Shown in pieces: positions 19,607-28,860 of a stretch of 61,160 nucleotides of DNA. The position numbers and the translations under genes were made by a program. The notes beneath the pieces were generated by a model. It searched no databases. It saw only the letters and a program-made list of their open reading frames with translations, and was not told where the DNA came from. The stretch's first letter is position 1. Each line of letters starts with the position of its first letter. This DNA is from Candidatus Izemoplasma sp. (GTDB lineage: Bacteria > Bacillota_I > Bacilli_A > Izemoplasmatales > Izemoplasmataceae): NCBI GenBank assembly GCA_007117625.1, contig SKGE01000001.1, positions 1 through 61,160 on the forward strand, given 5' to 3'.

Positions 19607-21933
19607 TGTTTTTTAAACATGTCACGAGAACGTTTGCGCGACAGTGGTTAACGGTTTTAATGCTTGGGGTTTTATTGGTTGTGAGTGGGTTTATCTACAG
19701 TGTGATGTCCTTATCAGTAAGTGCTTTGAAAGAAGCGTCGGATTCGTTTTTTGTGGAGACGAATCAAGAAGATTTTTCTTTGACTACACGATTCCATATA
19801 ACGGCGCAAGATTTGGAGAGTGACTTAGGGTGTAGCCCTGAGGTTCAAACACCGCTTGTGACGCTTTATCATGAGGATTTCGCTTGTTATGAGGCGGTGA
19901 TTGAATCGCGTCGTAATATGATAGAAGCGGCTTATCAGAACATTCGAGTTGAACCGCGCTTTTATAAAGATACGTATATTATGGTTCATGATGCTCGTCA
20001 TCGCAGTAGAATTTTAAAAGATATGAATGAGATGAACCTTAGTATGATTGAAGCAGGTGAATATCCAGAAAGTGGAGAAGTTGCTATCAGTCGGTTGTAT
20101 GCACAATTGAACAATTTATCGATTGATGATGAGTTGATGATTGGGAGCGAGACATTTTTAATCAGTGGGTTTGTGTTGTTTCCCGATTATAATTTGCCGA
20201 TTTTTGAGCATTTGTATATGTTTGATAGTGCGAATCAAACCTTTATTTTGATGGCAGATTCAGATTTTGAGAGCTTTGATGCAACTGAACATGTTGAGTT
20301 TGCTGGGATTTTTGATGGTGAATATGATGCCTTGGCGTTTGAAACTGAAATGTTTTCATTGTTGTTTGTTGAGCAGGTGGTTTTAACTGAAAACAATCCA
20401 CGAAGTGGTGCTATTTATGCGGAGCTTGATGGAAGTCAAGCGCTCGGGTTGTTTTTAAGTATTATGATAGCTGTGATTGGGATGATTATTGTTGGGGTCA
20501 TGGTATCTAAAACGATGAGCGAAGAAAAGCGAACGCTTGGGGTGTTTAAGGCTTTAGGGGTTAAGCCGATTGAGATGGTGTTTCCTTATCTTGTAGCGGT
20601 GTTTTCATTTGCGGTGGTGGCTTTAAGTATTGGCTATTTGTTTGGATTTTTGCTTGCGCCTTTGATGCAGTCACTTTATTTGAGGTTTTATTTGTTACCG
20701 GAGGCAGAGATTGGGTTTTTAGCGAGTAATGCTTTGATAGCGATTGTTTTACCAACAGTGATTGTTGTTTCGTTAACGTTTTGGAGACTATATCGTATGG
20801 TCCATCCTTCGCCGATTTTATTGATTGAACCAAAGATGTTTAAGGTTAAGCCGGTGAAAGCTATATGGTTTAAAAAACTTTTGAGTAAGTTTGATATACT
20901 GAGTGTTTTACAGGGGTCTATTTTGATTAGACAGTGGGCCAAAGTTAGCGTTTACGTGATTGGAGTCTTTTTGGGCTTGTACTTAGCTTTTTTAAGTTTA
21001 GGCATGCGTGATGTGTTTAACCGTACGATGCATGGATATTACGGGGAACATTTTTATGAGAGTACGGTGTATTGTGATTTTTCCGATGATTGTGACAGTG
21101 CTGGTCATGAAAAAGGCATTGAAATAAGTGTGTTTGCGAATGAACAGCGTGCTACCTTGGTTGGCCTTGATGCCGACTCTGAATGGTATGTGTTAAGGAA
21201 CCGTGCGGGTGAAAGTGTGGTCCCGAAGGTTTCAGAAGGGATTGTTATATCGCGGAGTTTTAGTGATTTAACCGGACTTGATGTTGGGGATGATATAGAG
21301 ATTCAAGCTTTTGGAGAAACGATGACGTTAGAGGTTTCAGCGATTGCACACGTTTACCCTGGTGAGAAGATTTATTATGACCGTGCGGTGATGAGTTTGC
21401 TGGTTACGGGTGATGATCAGTTCTTTAACCGGTTGTATACGGAGTCGCGAGTGGAATCGATGGGGAGTGCTTTGATTGTTCATCGCACTGAGATGATTGA
21501 GCAGCTTGATGATTTAAATGTTTGGTATCAGATTATGATTTATATTATGGTTGCGTCTTCGTTGACGATTGCGGTTATTATTATTTATTTGCTGAGTATC
21601 TTGACGGTTGAATCAAAGTATTATGAGTTGTCTTTGTTTAAGGTGTTAGGGTTTAATAATAAGGAGATCTCTGGGGTGTTGCTCGGAGGATATATGAAGA
21701 TTAATGTGGTGGTTTTTGTTGTTGTGATTCCAGTTGTTTTTGTGAGTTTTACGGTTTTGACGAGGATGTTGGTCGCTATGTTTGGGATCTATTTCCCACT
21801 TAGTATTGGCTTTTGGGACATTTTGTTTGCTGGAGTTTTGTTTGGTGTGGTATCATTGATTGGTACAACCCATGCAAAATATGTGGTGAAAAAGCGTAGT
21901 TTACAGGAAGCTTTGAAAATTTATCAGGTTTAG
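19603..21933 (+). CDS. ABC transporter permease with two FtsX modules and two large extracytoplasmic domains
   Basis: 776 aa. The pattern TM, ~250-aa loop, then a 3-TM FtsX module occurs twice. ATGA overlap with the ATPase gene. Confidence 0.85.
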   Translation: MMFFKHVTRTFARQWLTVLMLGVLLVVSGFIYSVMSLSVSALKEASDSFFVETNQEDFSLTTRFHITAQDLESDLGCSPEVQTPLVTLYHEDFACYEAVIESRRNMIEAAYQNIRVEPRFYKDTYIMVHDARHRSRILKDMNEMNLSMIEAGEYPESGEVAISRLYAQLNNLSIDDELMIGSETFLISGFVLFPDYNLPIFEHLYMFDSANQTFILMADSDFESFDATEHVEFAGIFDGEYDALAFETEMFSLLFVEQVVLTENNPRSGAIYAELDGSQALGLFLSIMIAVIGMIIVGVMVSKTMSEEKRTLGVFKALGVKPIEMVFPYLVAVFSFAVVALSIGYLFGFLLAPLMQSLYLRFYLLPEAEIGFLASNALIAIVLPTVIVVSLTFWRLYRMVHPSPILLIEPKMFKVKPVKAIWFKKLLSKFDILSVLQGSILIRQWAKVSVYVIGVFLGLYLAFLSLGMRDVFNRTMHGYYGEHFYESTVYCDFSDDCDSAGHEKGIEISVFANEQRATLVGLDADSEWYVLRNRAGESVVPKVSEGIVISRSFSDLTGLDVGDDIEIQAFGETMTLEVSAIAHVYPGEKIYYDRAVMSLLVTGDDQFFNRLYTESRVESMGSALIVHRTEMIEQLDDLNVWYQIMIYIMVASSLTIAVIIIYLLSILTVESKYYELSLFKVLGFNNKEISGVLLGGYMKINVVVFVVVIPVVFVSFTVLTRMLVAMFGIYFPLSIGFWDILFAGVLFGVVSLIGTTHAKYVVKKRSLQEALKIYQV

Positions 21934-21942
21934 GAGTGTTTT

Positions 21943-22818
21943 ATGGCAAAAGGTCGAATTATTAAACTGATCGGTGGTCAATATACGGTCAGAGACGAAA
22001 TGGGTAAGCATACAGTGGTAAAACCATTGGGTGTTTTTAGGCATCAAGCGATTGCACCTAAAGTAGGGGATCTTGTGATTTTTGATGATGATCACATTAC
22101 TGAAGTTTTACCGCGTGATAATACGCTGGTTCGACCGCCGATTGCGAATGTTGATCAAGCGATTTTGATCCACTCAGCAAAGTCACCTGAGTTTAGTTTC
22201 TTTTTGTTAGATCGGTTTTTGACACTCGTTGAGTTTGAACAGATTCGGCCAGTTGTGATTGTAACGAAAATAGATTTATTGCAAGCGGAAGAATTAAATG
22301 ATTTAAAGGCTTCTTTGAGTTATTATGCTTCGTTTTATGATGTTTATTATACAAGTGTTCATCAAGTTGAAAGTCTTGAACCAGTTAAGCAGTTATTGGA
22401 TGGTAAAGTAAGTGTTTTTGCGGGACAAACTGGCAGTGGGAAAAGCAGTTTATTGAATGCTTTAGATATTAGTTTGTCCATCAAGACCCAAGAGATTTCT
22501 AAAGCGCTTGGTCGTGGAAAACATACTACAAGACATACTGAGCTGTTAGAACTTCATGGAGGCTTAGTCGCAGATACGCCGGGGTTTTCTAAATTGGATT
22601 TTTATGATATGGAAGTGGAGGATTTACTGGCTTGTTATCCTGATTTTTTAGCGTTATCAGAGGATTGTAAGTTTCGTATGTGTTTACATATCAATGAGCC
22701 TGGATGTGCGGTTAAAGCGGCGGTGAAGTTAGGCGTTGTAATGAAACAAAGATATGATAATTATTGTTTGATTCATGAAGAGATTAAAGGGCAGAAAAAA
22801 ATCTACCGAAAGAAGTGA
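21943..22818 (+). CDS. rsgA: Ribosome small-subunit-dependent GTPase A
   Basis: Circularly permuted GTPase (TKIDL...GQTGSGKSSLLNAL...DTPGF). Zn motif CKFRMCLHINEPGC. Confidence 0.95.
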   Translation: MAKGRIIKLIGGQYTVRDEMGKHTVVKPLGVFRHQAIAPKVGDLVIFDDDHITEVLPRDNTLVRPPIANVDQAILIHSAKSPEFSFFLLDRFLTLVEFEQIRPVVIVTKIDLLQAEELNDLKASLSYYASFYDVYYTSVHQVESLEPVKQLLDGKVSVFAGQTGSGKSSLLNALDISLSIKTQEISKALGRGKHTTRHTELLELHGGLVADTPGFSKLDFYDMEVEDLLACYPDFLALSEDCKFRMCLHINEPGCAVKAAVKLGVVMKQRYDNYCLIHEEIKGQKKIYRKK

Positions 22819-22822
22819 TTGT

Positions 22823-23458
22823 ATGAAGTTAGCCCCATCTATATTATCAGCGGATTTTAGTAAGTTAAGTGAAGATATTAAAACGATATCAAGTGCTGAG
22901 TGGATACATATCGATGTCATGGATGGTCATTTTGTGCCGAATATAACGATCGGACCTTTGATTGTTAAAGCGTTAAGGGGTCATACTGAGCAAGTCTTTG
23001 ATACGCATTTAATGATTTCTGAACCTGAAAAGTATTTGCAGGCTTTCGTTGATGCCGGTAGCGATCAAATTACCTTTCATGTTGAAACTGTTACAGATCC
23101 TAAGGCTTTGATTGATAAAATTCATCAGTTAGGTATTAAAGCAGGTATTTCGATCAAACCAGCGACCTCGGTTGAGATGATAGAACCGCTTTTAGGGAAG
23201 GTAGATTTGGTCTTGGTGATGAGTGTTGAACCTGGATTTGGTGGCCAAGCATTTATACCTGAAAGTTTAGAAAAGATATCTATACTGAAGGCGTATAAGG
23301 TGAAGCATGGATACCGGTATAATATTGTGGTCGATGGTGGTATTAATGCAGAAACTGGTAAGTTATGTGTTGAAGCTGGAGCGGATGTATTGGTTGCTGG
23401 TTCTTATGTGTTTGGTGCTAAAGATCGTGAAAAGCAAATGGGAATGTTGCGCCGATGA
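22823..23458 (+). CDS. rpe: Ribulose-phosphate 3-epimerase
   Basis: MKLAPSILSADF and HIDVMDGHFVPN. The upstream ORF extension overlaps rsgA and is not needed. Confidence 0.95.
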   Translation: MKLAPSILSADFSKLSEDIKTISSAEWIHIDVMDGHFVPNITIGPLIVKALRGHTEQVFDTHLMISEPEKYLQAFVDAGSDQITFHVETVTDPKALIDKIHQLGIKAGISIKPATSVEMIEPLLGKVDLVLVMSVEPGFGGQAFIPESLEKISILKAYKVKHGYRYNIVVDGGINAETGKLCVEAGADVLVAGSYVFGAKDREKQMGMLRR

Positions 23459-24066
23459 TTGTCCATATTTACACTGGACCAACGGATTCGTATACATTGA
23501 CTGAAGCGCTTGTCAAACAATCTCAAGAGGTTTATAATATTGGCTGTGACAAAGGGGCTTATTATGCGTTGTCATCTGGGATTTCCTTGCAACTTGTGAT
23601 TGGAGATTTTGATTCGACGAGTGATGAAGAAACGTTATACATAAAAAAACACGCTGAAAAAGTTAAAACTTTTAAAGCGCGTAAAGATTTTACAGATACG
23701 TATTTAGCTGTTTTGGAAGCGTTAAAGCTCGACCCAGAAGAGATTGTGATTTATGGTGGTAGCGGGAATCGCTTCGACCATACCTATGCAAATCTTTTAT
23801 TGCTTAAGTTAGGTCCAATTGTTATGGTGTCGGATGACTCGAAAATGTATATGCTGAATCCTGGCAGTTATACGATTGACAATTCACATGATTTTATCTC
23901 GTTTTTCGCTTTAGAAGATGTCAGTGGATTGTGTTTGAACGGGTTCAGTTATGACCTTGAAACTTATGATTTAAAAATCGACGATCCTTTGTGTGTGTCG
24001 AATCAAGGCAGTGGCGATGTGATATTTGAAAAAGGGCTGTTGTTAGTGGTTGAAGCTTCTGAATAA
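23455..24066 (+). CDS. thiN: Thiamine diphosphokinase
   Basis: GDFDS motif, ~200 aa. Sits in the conserved rpe-thiN position with an ATGA overlap. Confidence 0.85.
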   Translation: MIVHIYTGPTDSYTLTEALVKQSQEVYNIGCDKGAYYALSSGISLQLVIGDFDSTSDEETLYIKKHAEKVKTFKARKDFTDTYLAVLEALKLDPEEIVIYGGSGNRFDHTYANLLLLKLGPIVMVSDDSKMYMLNPGSYTIDNSHDFISFFALEDVSGLCLNGFSYDLETYDLKIDDPLCVSNQGSGDVIFEKGLLLVVEASE

Positions 24067-24070
24067 AATA

Positions 24071-24098
24071 AAAAAACACTATAAATTAGTGTTTTTTT
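24071..24098 (+). terminator. Intrinsic terminator (AT-rich stem)
   Basis: AAAAAACACT-ataaatt-AGTGTTTTTTT. First terminator-like element after the 12094 one on this strand. Confidence 0.55.
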
Positions 24099-24138
24099 AT
24101 CAAAAAAAAGAGGGAGAATTATTTAACATTTATGCCAT

Positions 24139-24160
24139 AAAAAAAGCCGATACTATCGGC
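24139..24160 (-). terminator. Intrinsic terminator of rpmB
   Basis: On the minus strand, GCCGAT-agt-ATCGGC followed by T7. Confidence 0.7.
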
Positions 24161-24177
24161 TCACATAGTACATAGTT

Positions 24178-24366
24178 TTATGCACGAGTCAAATTGTTCT
24201 TTTTGAGCGCGCGTGCAGATACGAAAACAGTTTTTGTTTCACCGTTCTCTACGATTTTCACTTTTTGAAGGTTTGCTTTCCATTTACGCTTTGAAGTGTT
24301 TAAAGCGTATGAACGTTTGTTTCCTGAAAGATTCTTTTTACCAGTGATATAACATTCTTTTGACAT
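24178..24366 (-). CDS. rpmB: 50S ribosomal protein L28
   Basis: [11 protein letters not shown]...VSARALK. GGAGG lies 7 nt before the second ATG. Confidence 0.95.
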   Translation of the reverse strand: MSKECYITGKKNLSGNKRSYALNTSKRKWKANLQKVKIVENGETKTVFVSARALKKNNLTRA

Positions 24367-24482
24367 CATTTAGCCTCCGTTCAAGTTGATTGTGTCTAAA
24401 CCTAAATAATTATATCATATAATATTATTTATGCAAGTATTTGTTAAAAAAAGTTGATAAAGTGCACGGAAACCTTTATTTG

Positions 24483-24511
24483 TTGCTTTTAAAATCGAGT
24501 TATGATAGAAT
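24483..24511 (+). promoter_or_regulatory. Promoter of fakA/yloV
   Basis: TTGCTT - 17 nt - TAGAAT with an extended TGa. Confidence 0.5.
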
Positions 24512-24603
24512 AAATTAAGTCTTTTGATAGTGAAACTATCATAAGAAATAATAAAGATTGTGTGCGATTTAAATCTTATTTAAAAGTATATGGAGGCCTA
24601 CTT

Positions 24604-26277
24604 ATGAGTCCAAAAGTGATTGATGGTAATCTTTTAAAAGCCATCATTAAAAACGGATCCATCAAATTGAAAAATAATCATCAAATGATAAATGATCTCA
24701 ACGTTTTTCCGGTTCCTGATGGGGATACAGGAAGTAATATGCAATCAACGATGATGTCTGGAGTAAACAGCATCGAAAGTTTCGAAGATGAAAGTGTAGA
24801 GAAAATTGGTAAAGCTTTATCTCGTGGTTTGTTAATGGGAGCTAGAGGAAATTCAGGTGTGATTTTATCGCAGTTGTTTAGCGGTTTTGCAAAAGCGTTT
24901 AAAGATTTAACTACTGCGAACTCAGTTCAATTTGTCAATGGATTAAAATACGGGGTTGAACAAGCGTATGGCGCTGTTATTAACCCGGTTGAAGGAACCA
25001 TTTTAACAGTTGCTAGAGAAGCGGTAGATGAAGCTGCTAAAATAGCAAAAGATGATAGTGATTTATTAGAAGTAATGAAAACATACTTGCATGAAGCGAA
25101 TGCTTCATTAAAAAGAACACCTGATTTATTGCCAGTATTAAAAGAATCAGGTGTAGTTGATTCGGGTGGTGCTGGATTAATTATTATTGTTGAAGGTATG
25201 CTCGATGCTTTAGAAGGTAAGTTGTATGAAGAAACGAAACCATCAAGACGTGATAAAAAAGCGGCACATGCTTTTGAGACAGAGGATACTGAATTTGGAT
25301 ACTGTACAGAGTTCATTATCCAATTAGATCCTGAAAAGAAATTTAATAAAGATAAATTGGTTAAGCAATTAGGACGATTAGGAGATTCTATCGTCGTAGT
25401 TGCTGATGAAGAAATTTGTAAAGTTCACGTGCATACTGAGAAACCAGGAGATGCGCTGAATATTGGTCAAATATATGGTGAGTTTGCAAATCTTAAAATC
25501 GAAAATATGACGATGCAGCACACTGAGACGTTGTTGCACTCTTCCCAAGCGAATGGTGATGCGGATACACATGAGTGTGGGCATGACCATGGCCATGATT
25601 TTCATGTCGATGTAAAGAAAAAATATGGCATTATTACGGTTGTCAATGGATCTGGATTAAAAGCGATGTTTGAAGAGATGGGTGTGAATCATGTGATTGA
25701 TGGTGGTCAAACGATGAATCCTTCAACACAAGATTTTGTCGATGCAGTCGAGACTGTCAATGCTGATAACATTTTGATCATTCCAAATAATAAAAATGTC
25801 TTTTTAAGCGCTGAGCACGCAGCTAAAAACATTGATGACAAAAACGTTATTGTATTACCTGCTAAGACTATTCCGCAGGGGTATGCATCTTTGACAATGT
25901 TCGATGCGAATCAAGAGTTAGAAGACACGGTTGAAGAAATGAAAGAACTGATTGACCATGTTAAGTCTGGTGAAGTGACCTATGCAGTCCGCGATACTAA
26001 AATTAATGGTCTTGAGATTAAGAAAGACGATTATTTAGGTATTGATAACGGTAAGATTGTTGCATCTAAAGCTGATCGTTACGAAACCGTTCAAGCTTTA
26101 GCAGATAGTTTACTCGATGATGAGAGTGAAATTATCACGATTATGTATGGCAAAGATGTTGATCAGGATGAAGTAGATAAACTCGTTAATTATATTGAGA
26201 CTACATACCCTGAAGTTGAAATTGAAACGATTGACGGAAATCAAGATATTTACGCATATCTATTGGCAGTCGAGTAA
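24604..26277 (+). CDS. fakA: DAK2/DhaL-domain protein YloV, fatty-acid kinase subunit A-like
   Basis: DhaL motif FPVPDGDTGSNM. About 557 aa with the YloV/FakA three-domain layout. RBS GGAGG before ATG 24604. Confidence 0.85.
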   Translation: MSPKVIDGNLLKAIIKNGSIKLKNNHQMINDLNVFPVPDGDTGSNMQSTMMSGVNSIESFEDESVEKIGKALSRGLLMGARGNSGVILSQLFSGFAKAFKDLTTANSVQFVNGLKYGVEQAYGAVINPVEGTILTVAREAVDEAAKIAKDDSDLLEVMKTYLHEANASLKRTPDLLPVLKESGVVDSGGAGLIIIVEGMLDALEGKLYEETKPSRRDKKAAHAFETEDTEFGYCTEFIIQLDPEKKFNKDKLVKQLGRLGDSIVVVADEEICKVHVHTEKPGDALNIGQIYGEFANLKIENMTMQHTETLLHSSQANGDADTHECGHDHGHDFHVDVKKKYGIITVVNGSGLKAMFEEMGVNHVIDGGQTMNPSTQDFVDAVETVNADNILIIPNNKNVFLSAEHAAKNIDDKNVIVLPAKTIPQGYASLTMFDANQELEDTVEEMKELIDHVKSGEVTYAVRDTKINGLEIKKDDYLGIDNGKIVASKADRYETVQALADSLLDDESEIITIMYGKDVDQDEVDKLVNYIETTYPEVEIETIDGNQDIYAYLLAVE

Positions 26278-26285
26278 AAAATAAT

Positions 26286-26317
26286 AAACGTTCGAACAAA
26301 AGTTCGAACGTTTTTTT
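26286..26317. terminator. Bidirectional intrinsic terminator (fakA / mgsA)
   Basis: CGTTCGAAC-aaaa-GTTCGAACG with a T7 run on the 3' side and an A-rich tract (AAATAATAAA) on the 5' side. Abuts the mgsA stop. Confidence 0.8.
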
Positions 26318-26678
26318 ATTGGAGCGATTGAAAGAGTAGTGCTGCAGTTCTTGGGTTTGAAGCGAGTGGAATTTCGTAAACGTCACTCAATCGAAATAAA
26401 GCTGAAACGTCTGGCTCGTGTGGTTGAGCAGTCAGTGGATCACGGAAAAATATGATCATATCAATCTCACCATTAGCAACTTTTGCACCTATTTCTTGAT
26501 CCCCGCCTAAAGGACCTGATTTAAAGCAATGGACGGGTAAGTTTGTCGCTTGTTTTATTAAGCTACCGGTGGTTCCAGTTGCAAATAGTTCATGGTGTTT
26601 TAATCGCTCGACATGTTCATTGCAGAAAGCCAGCATATCATCTTTCTTTTTGTCATGAGCAATTAGTGCAATTTTCAT
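26316..26678 (-). CDS. mgsA: Methylglyoxal synthase
   Basis: [15 protein letters not shown]...ATGTTG...GPLGGDQEI. 120 aa. Confidence 0.93.
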   Translation of the reverse strand: MKIALIAHDKKKDDMLAFCNEHVERLKHHELFATGTTGSLIKQATNLPVHCFKSGPLGGDQEIGAKVANGEIDMIIFFRDPLTAQPHEPDVSALFRLSDVYEIPLASNPRTAALLFQSLQ

Positions 26679-26798
26679 CGTATCACGCTCCTTGTATTTA
26701 TTATACGATATGTTGCCTGCTTTGGGTGAGATTTATCGTCATTTTAACAAATATCATTTTGAGTAAGCATGCTATAATAGAAATACAAGTTAAGTTAG

Positions 26799-28820
26799 GT
26801 GATGAGATTGAATGAGTTGTTGACATTAAAAGGTGTCGGGAAGAAAACGGTTGAACATCTGCATAAGGCAGGTCTTTTTACCTTTGAACATATTGTTGCA
26901 CGTTACCCAGTGCGCTATGATCAGCAATATTTAAGCAGTTTAGAAGCGATTCATGAGCAGTATGGCTATGTTCAAGCTCAAGTGATCAGTCGACCAAAGA
27001 TGGCATATATCAAAAAGAACATGCAAATTTTATCGTTTCGTGTAAAGCTAGAAGATAAAACATTTTTAGTGAAAGTTTACAATCAGCGGTTCTTAATGAA
27101 AGTTTTAATGTCTCAGCCGTTAGTTGTTATTTATGGAAAGCTAAAAAAAAGTGAACTTCAAGCACAAAGAGTCTTGTTAGCGGATAACTTTGAAGAGGGG
27201 ATTTTTCCGATATATAACATCGAAGGTCTTACCGATAAGTCCTATGGAAAAATAGTTGATCAAGTGTTTGGTTTGTTGCCGTCTTTTAAAGAAATATACC
27301 CTAATGATTTGATTGATGCTTATGACTTAATGCCGAGGAATGTTTTTGTTAAAGCGATGCACAAACCGAATGATGTAGATATGTTAGAAGCGGCTGTGAG
27401 ACGTTTTAAGTATCAAGAAATGTTTCGTTATTTAACGAAAGTTGCTTGGAAGAAATATTTAAGTATAAGTGTGGAAAAGCAGCCTAAAGCATATAATAAG
27501 TTAAGCTTACGTCAGTTTGTTTTATCACTGCCATTTAAGTTGACTAAGGAACAAGAAAAGGCGATGAATGATATCTTAAATGATTTTACCTCGACTGCGG
27601 TGATGAATCGTATGTTGCAAGGTGATACGGGTAGTGGGAAGACAGTTGTGGCACTTTTTGCGATGGTGGCGACGATGAGCGCTTCACAACAGGCAGCATT
27701 TTTAGCTCCGACAGAAATTTTAGCACACCAACATTTTGAAACGTGTCAGAAGCTTTTGAAGTCGAGTGGATTTGAAGTGCGACTGTTGACAGGTTCGATG
27801 AGTACGACAGAGAAAAAAGAAATCTATGCAGGCTTGAAGTCTGGTCGTATTGCCGGGGTAGTTGGGACGCATAGTTTGTTTTCTGAAGCGGTACAATACA
27901 AAAACTTAGGACTTGTGATTACCGATGAACAACATCGGTTTGGAGTCAATCAGCGTCAGCTTTTAAAACAAAAAGGCACTGCAGTTGATGTGCTTTACCT
28001 TAGCGCTACACCGATTCCTAGAACCTTAGCGATGACCCTTTATGGAGATATGACTATGAGTACTTTAAGGTCTAAACCGGGAATTCGGTTAAGCGTTGAA
28101 ACTTTTATAATGAGTTCTAAAGATAAGGATCTAATTCGCCAAGCGATGCAAGAAACGCTTAAGAAAAACGAGCAAATCTATGTCGTTGCACCGACGATTG
28201 AGACGAATGAGCAGATGCATTTGTTCGGTGTAACAACGTTGTTTGATGTGATTAAAAAAAGATATAGCGATGCGCGTGTTGGTTTGCTTCATGCTAAGTT
28301 AGATTATGAAGAAAAACAAAAGGTTTTAAAAGATTTTAAAGCGGGTAACATTGATATTTTGGTCTCCACAACTGTGATTGAAGTAGGCATAGATATACCG
28401 AATGCTACACTGATGATTATTTATCACGCTGAACGCTTTGGATACGCGCAGCTTCATCAGTTAAGAGGACGTGTTGGAAGATCTGATAAACGCGCAAAAT
28501 GTTTTATGATTACCGATGGTGGCGATGAAGTACTTAGTAGACTTGGTGTTTTAGAATCGGTATTTGATGGATTTGAGTTAAGTGAACTTGATTTGAAACA
28601 ACGTGGTTTTGGAGACTTAGCTGGAACGTTACAAAGCGGCCGGTTAGACCTTAATGATTTTTTAGAAATGACGGATATTACGATGCTTGAAGATTTGAAA
28701 AAAATCGCAGAAAAAACTGTAGAAGCATATGAAAAAGATGCGCAGTATGGATCGTTGATGAAATTAATTATGCAGGAAATGGAAGATTCCGCTTTTGTCT
28801 TTTTGAAAGACCGTGAATAG
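26799..28820 (+). CDS. recG: ATP-dependent DNA helicase RecG
   Basis: Wedge domain plus SF2 motifs (GDTGSGKT, TDEQHRFG, QLRGRVGR). The start could be GTG 26799, ATG 26802 or TTG 26808. Confidence 0.95.
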   Translation: MMRLNELLTLKGVGKKTVEHLHKAGLFTFEHIVARYPVRYDQQYLSSLEAIHEQYGYVQAQVISRPKMAYIKKNMQILSFRVKLEDKTFLVKVYNQRFLMKVLMSQPLVVIYGKLKKSELQAQRVLLADNFEEGIFPIYNIEGLTDKSYGKIVDQVFGLLPSFKEIYPNDLIDAYDLMPRNVFVKAMHKPNDVDMLEAAVRRFKYQEMFRYLTKVAWKKYLSISVEKQPKAYNKLSLRQFVLSLPFKLTKEQEKAMNDILNDFTSTAVMNRMLQGDTGSGKTVVALFAMVATMSASQQAAFLAPTEILAHQHFETCQKLLKSSGFEVRLLTGSMSTTEKKEIYAGLKSGRIAGVVGTHSLFSEAVQYKNLGLVITDEQHRFGVNQRQLLKQKGTAVDVLYLSATPIPRTLAMTLYGDMTMSTLRSKPGIRLSVETFIMSSKDKDLIRQAMQETLKKNEQIYVVAPTIETNEQMHLFGVTTLFDVIKKRYSDARVGLLHAKLDYEEKQKVLKDFKAGNIDILVSTTVIEVGIDIPNATLMIIYHAERFGYAQLHQLRGRVGRSDKRAKCFMITDGGDEVLSRLGVLESVFDGFELSELDLKQRGFGDLAGTLQSGRLDLNDFLEMTDITMLEDLKKIAEKTVEAYEKDAQYGSLMKLIMQEMEDSAFVFLKDRE

Positions 28821-28860
28821 TGTATAATGTATATAATAATCTATTTGATGAGGTGAGTTG

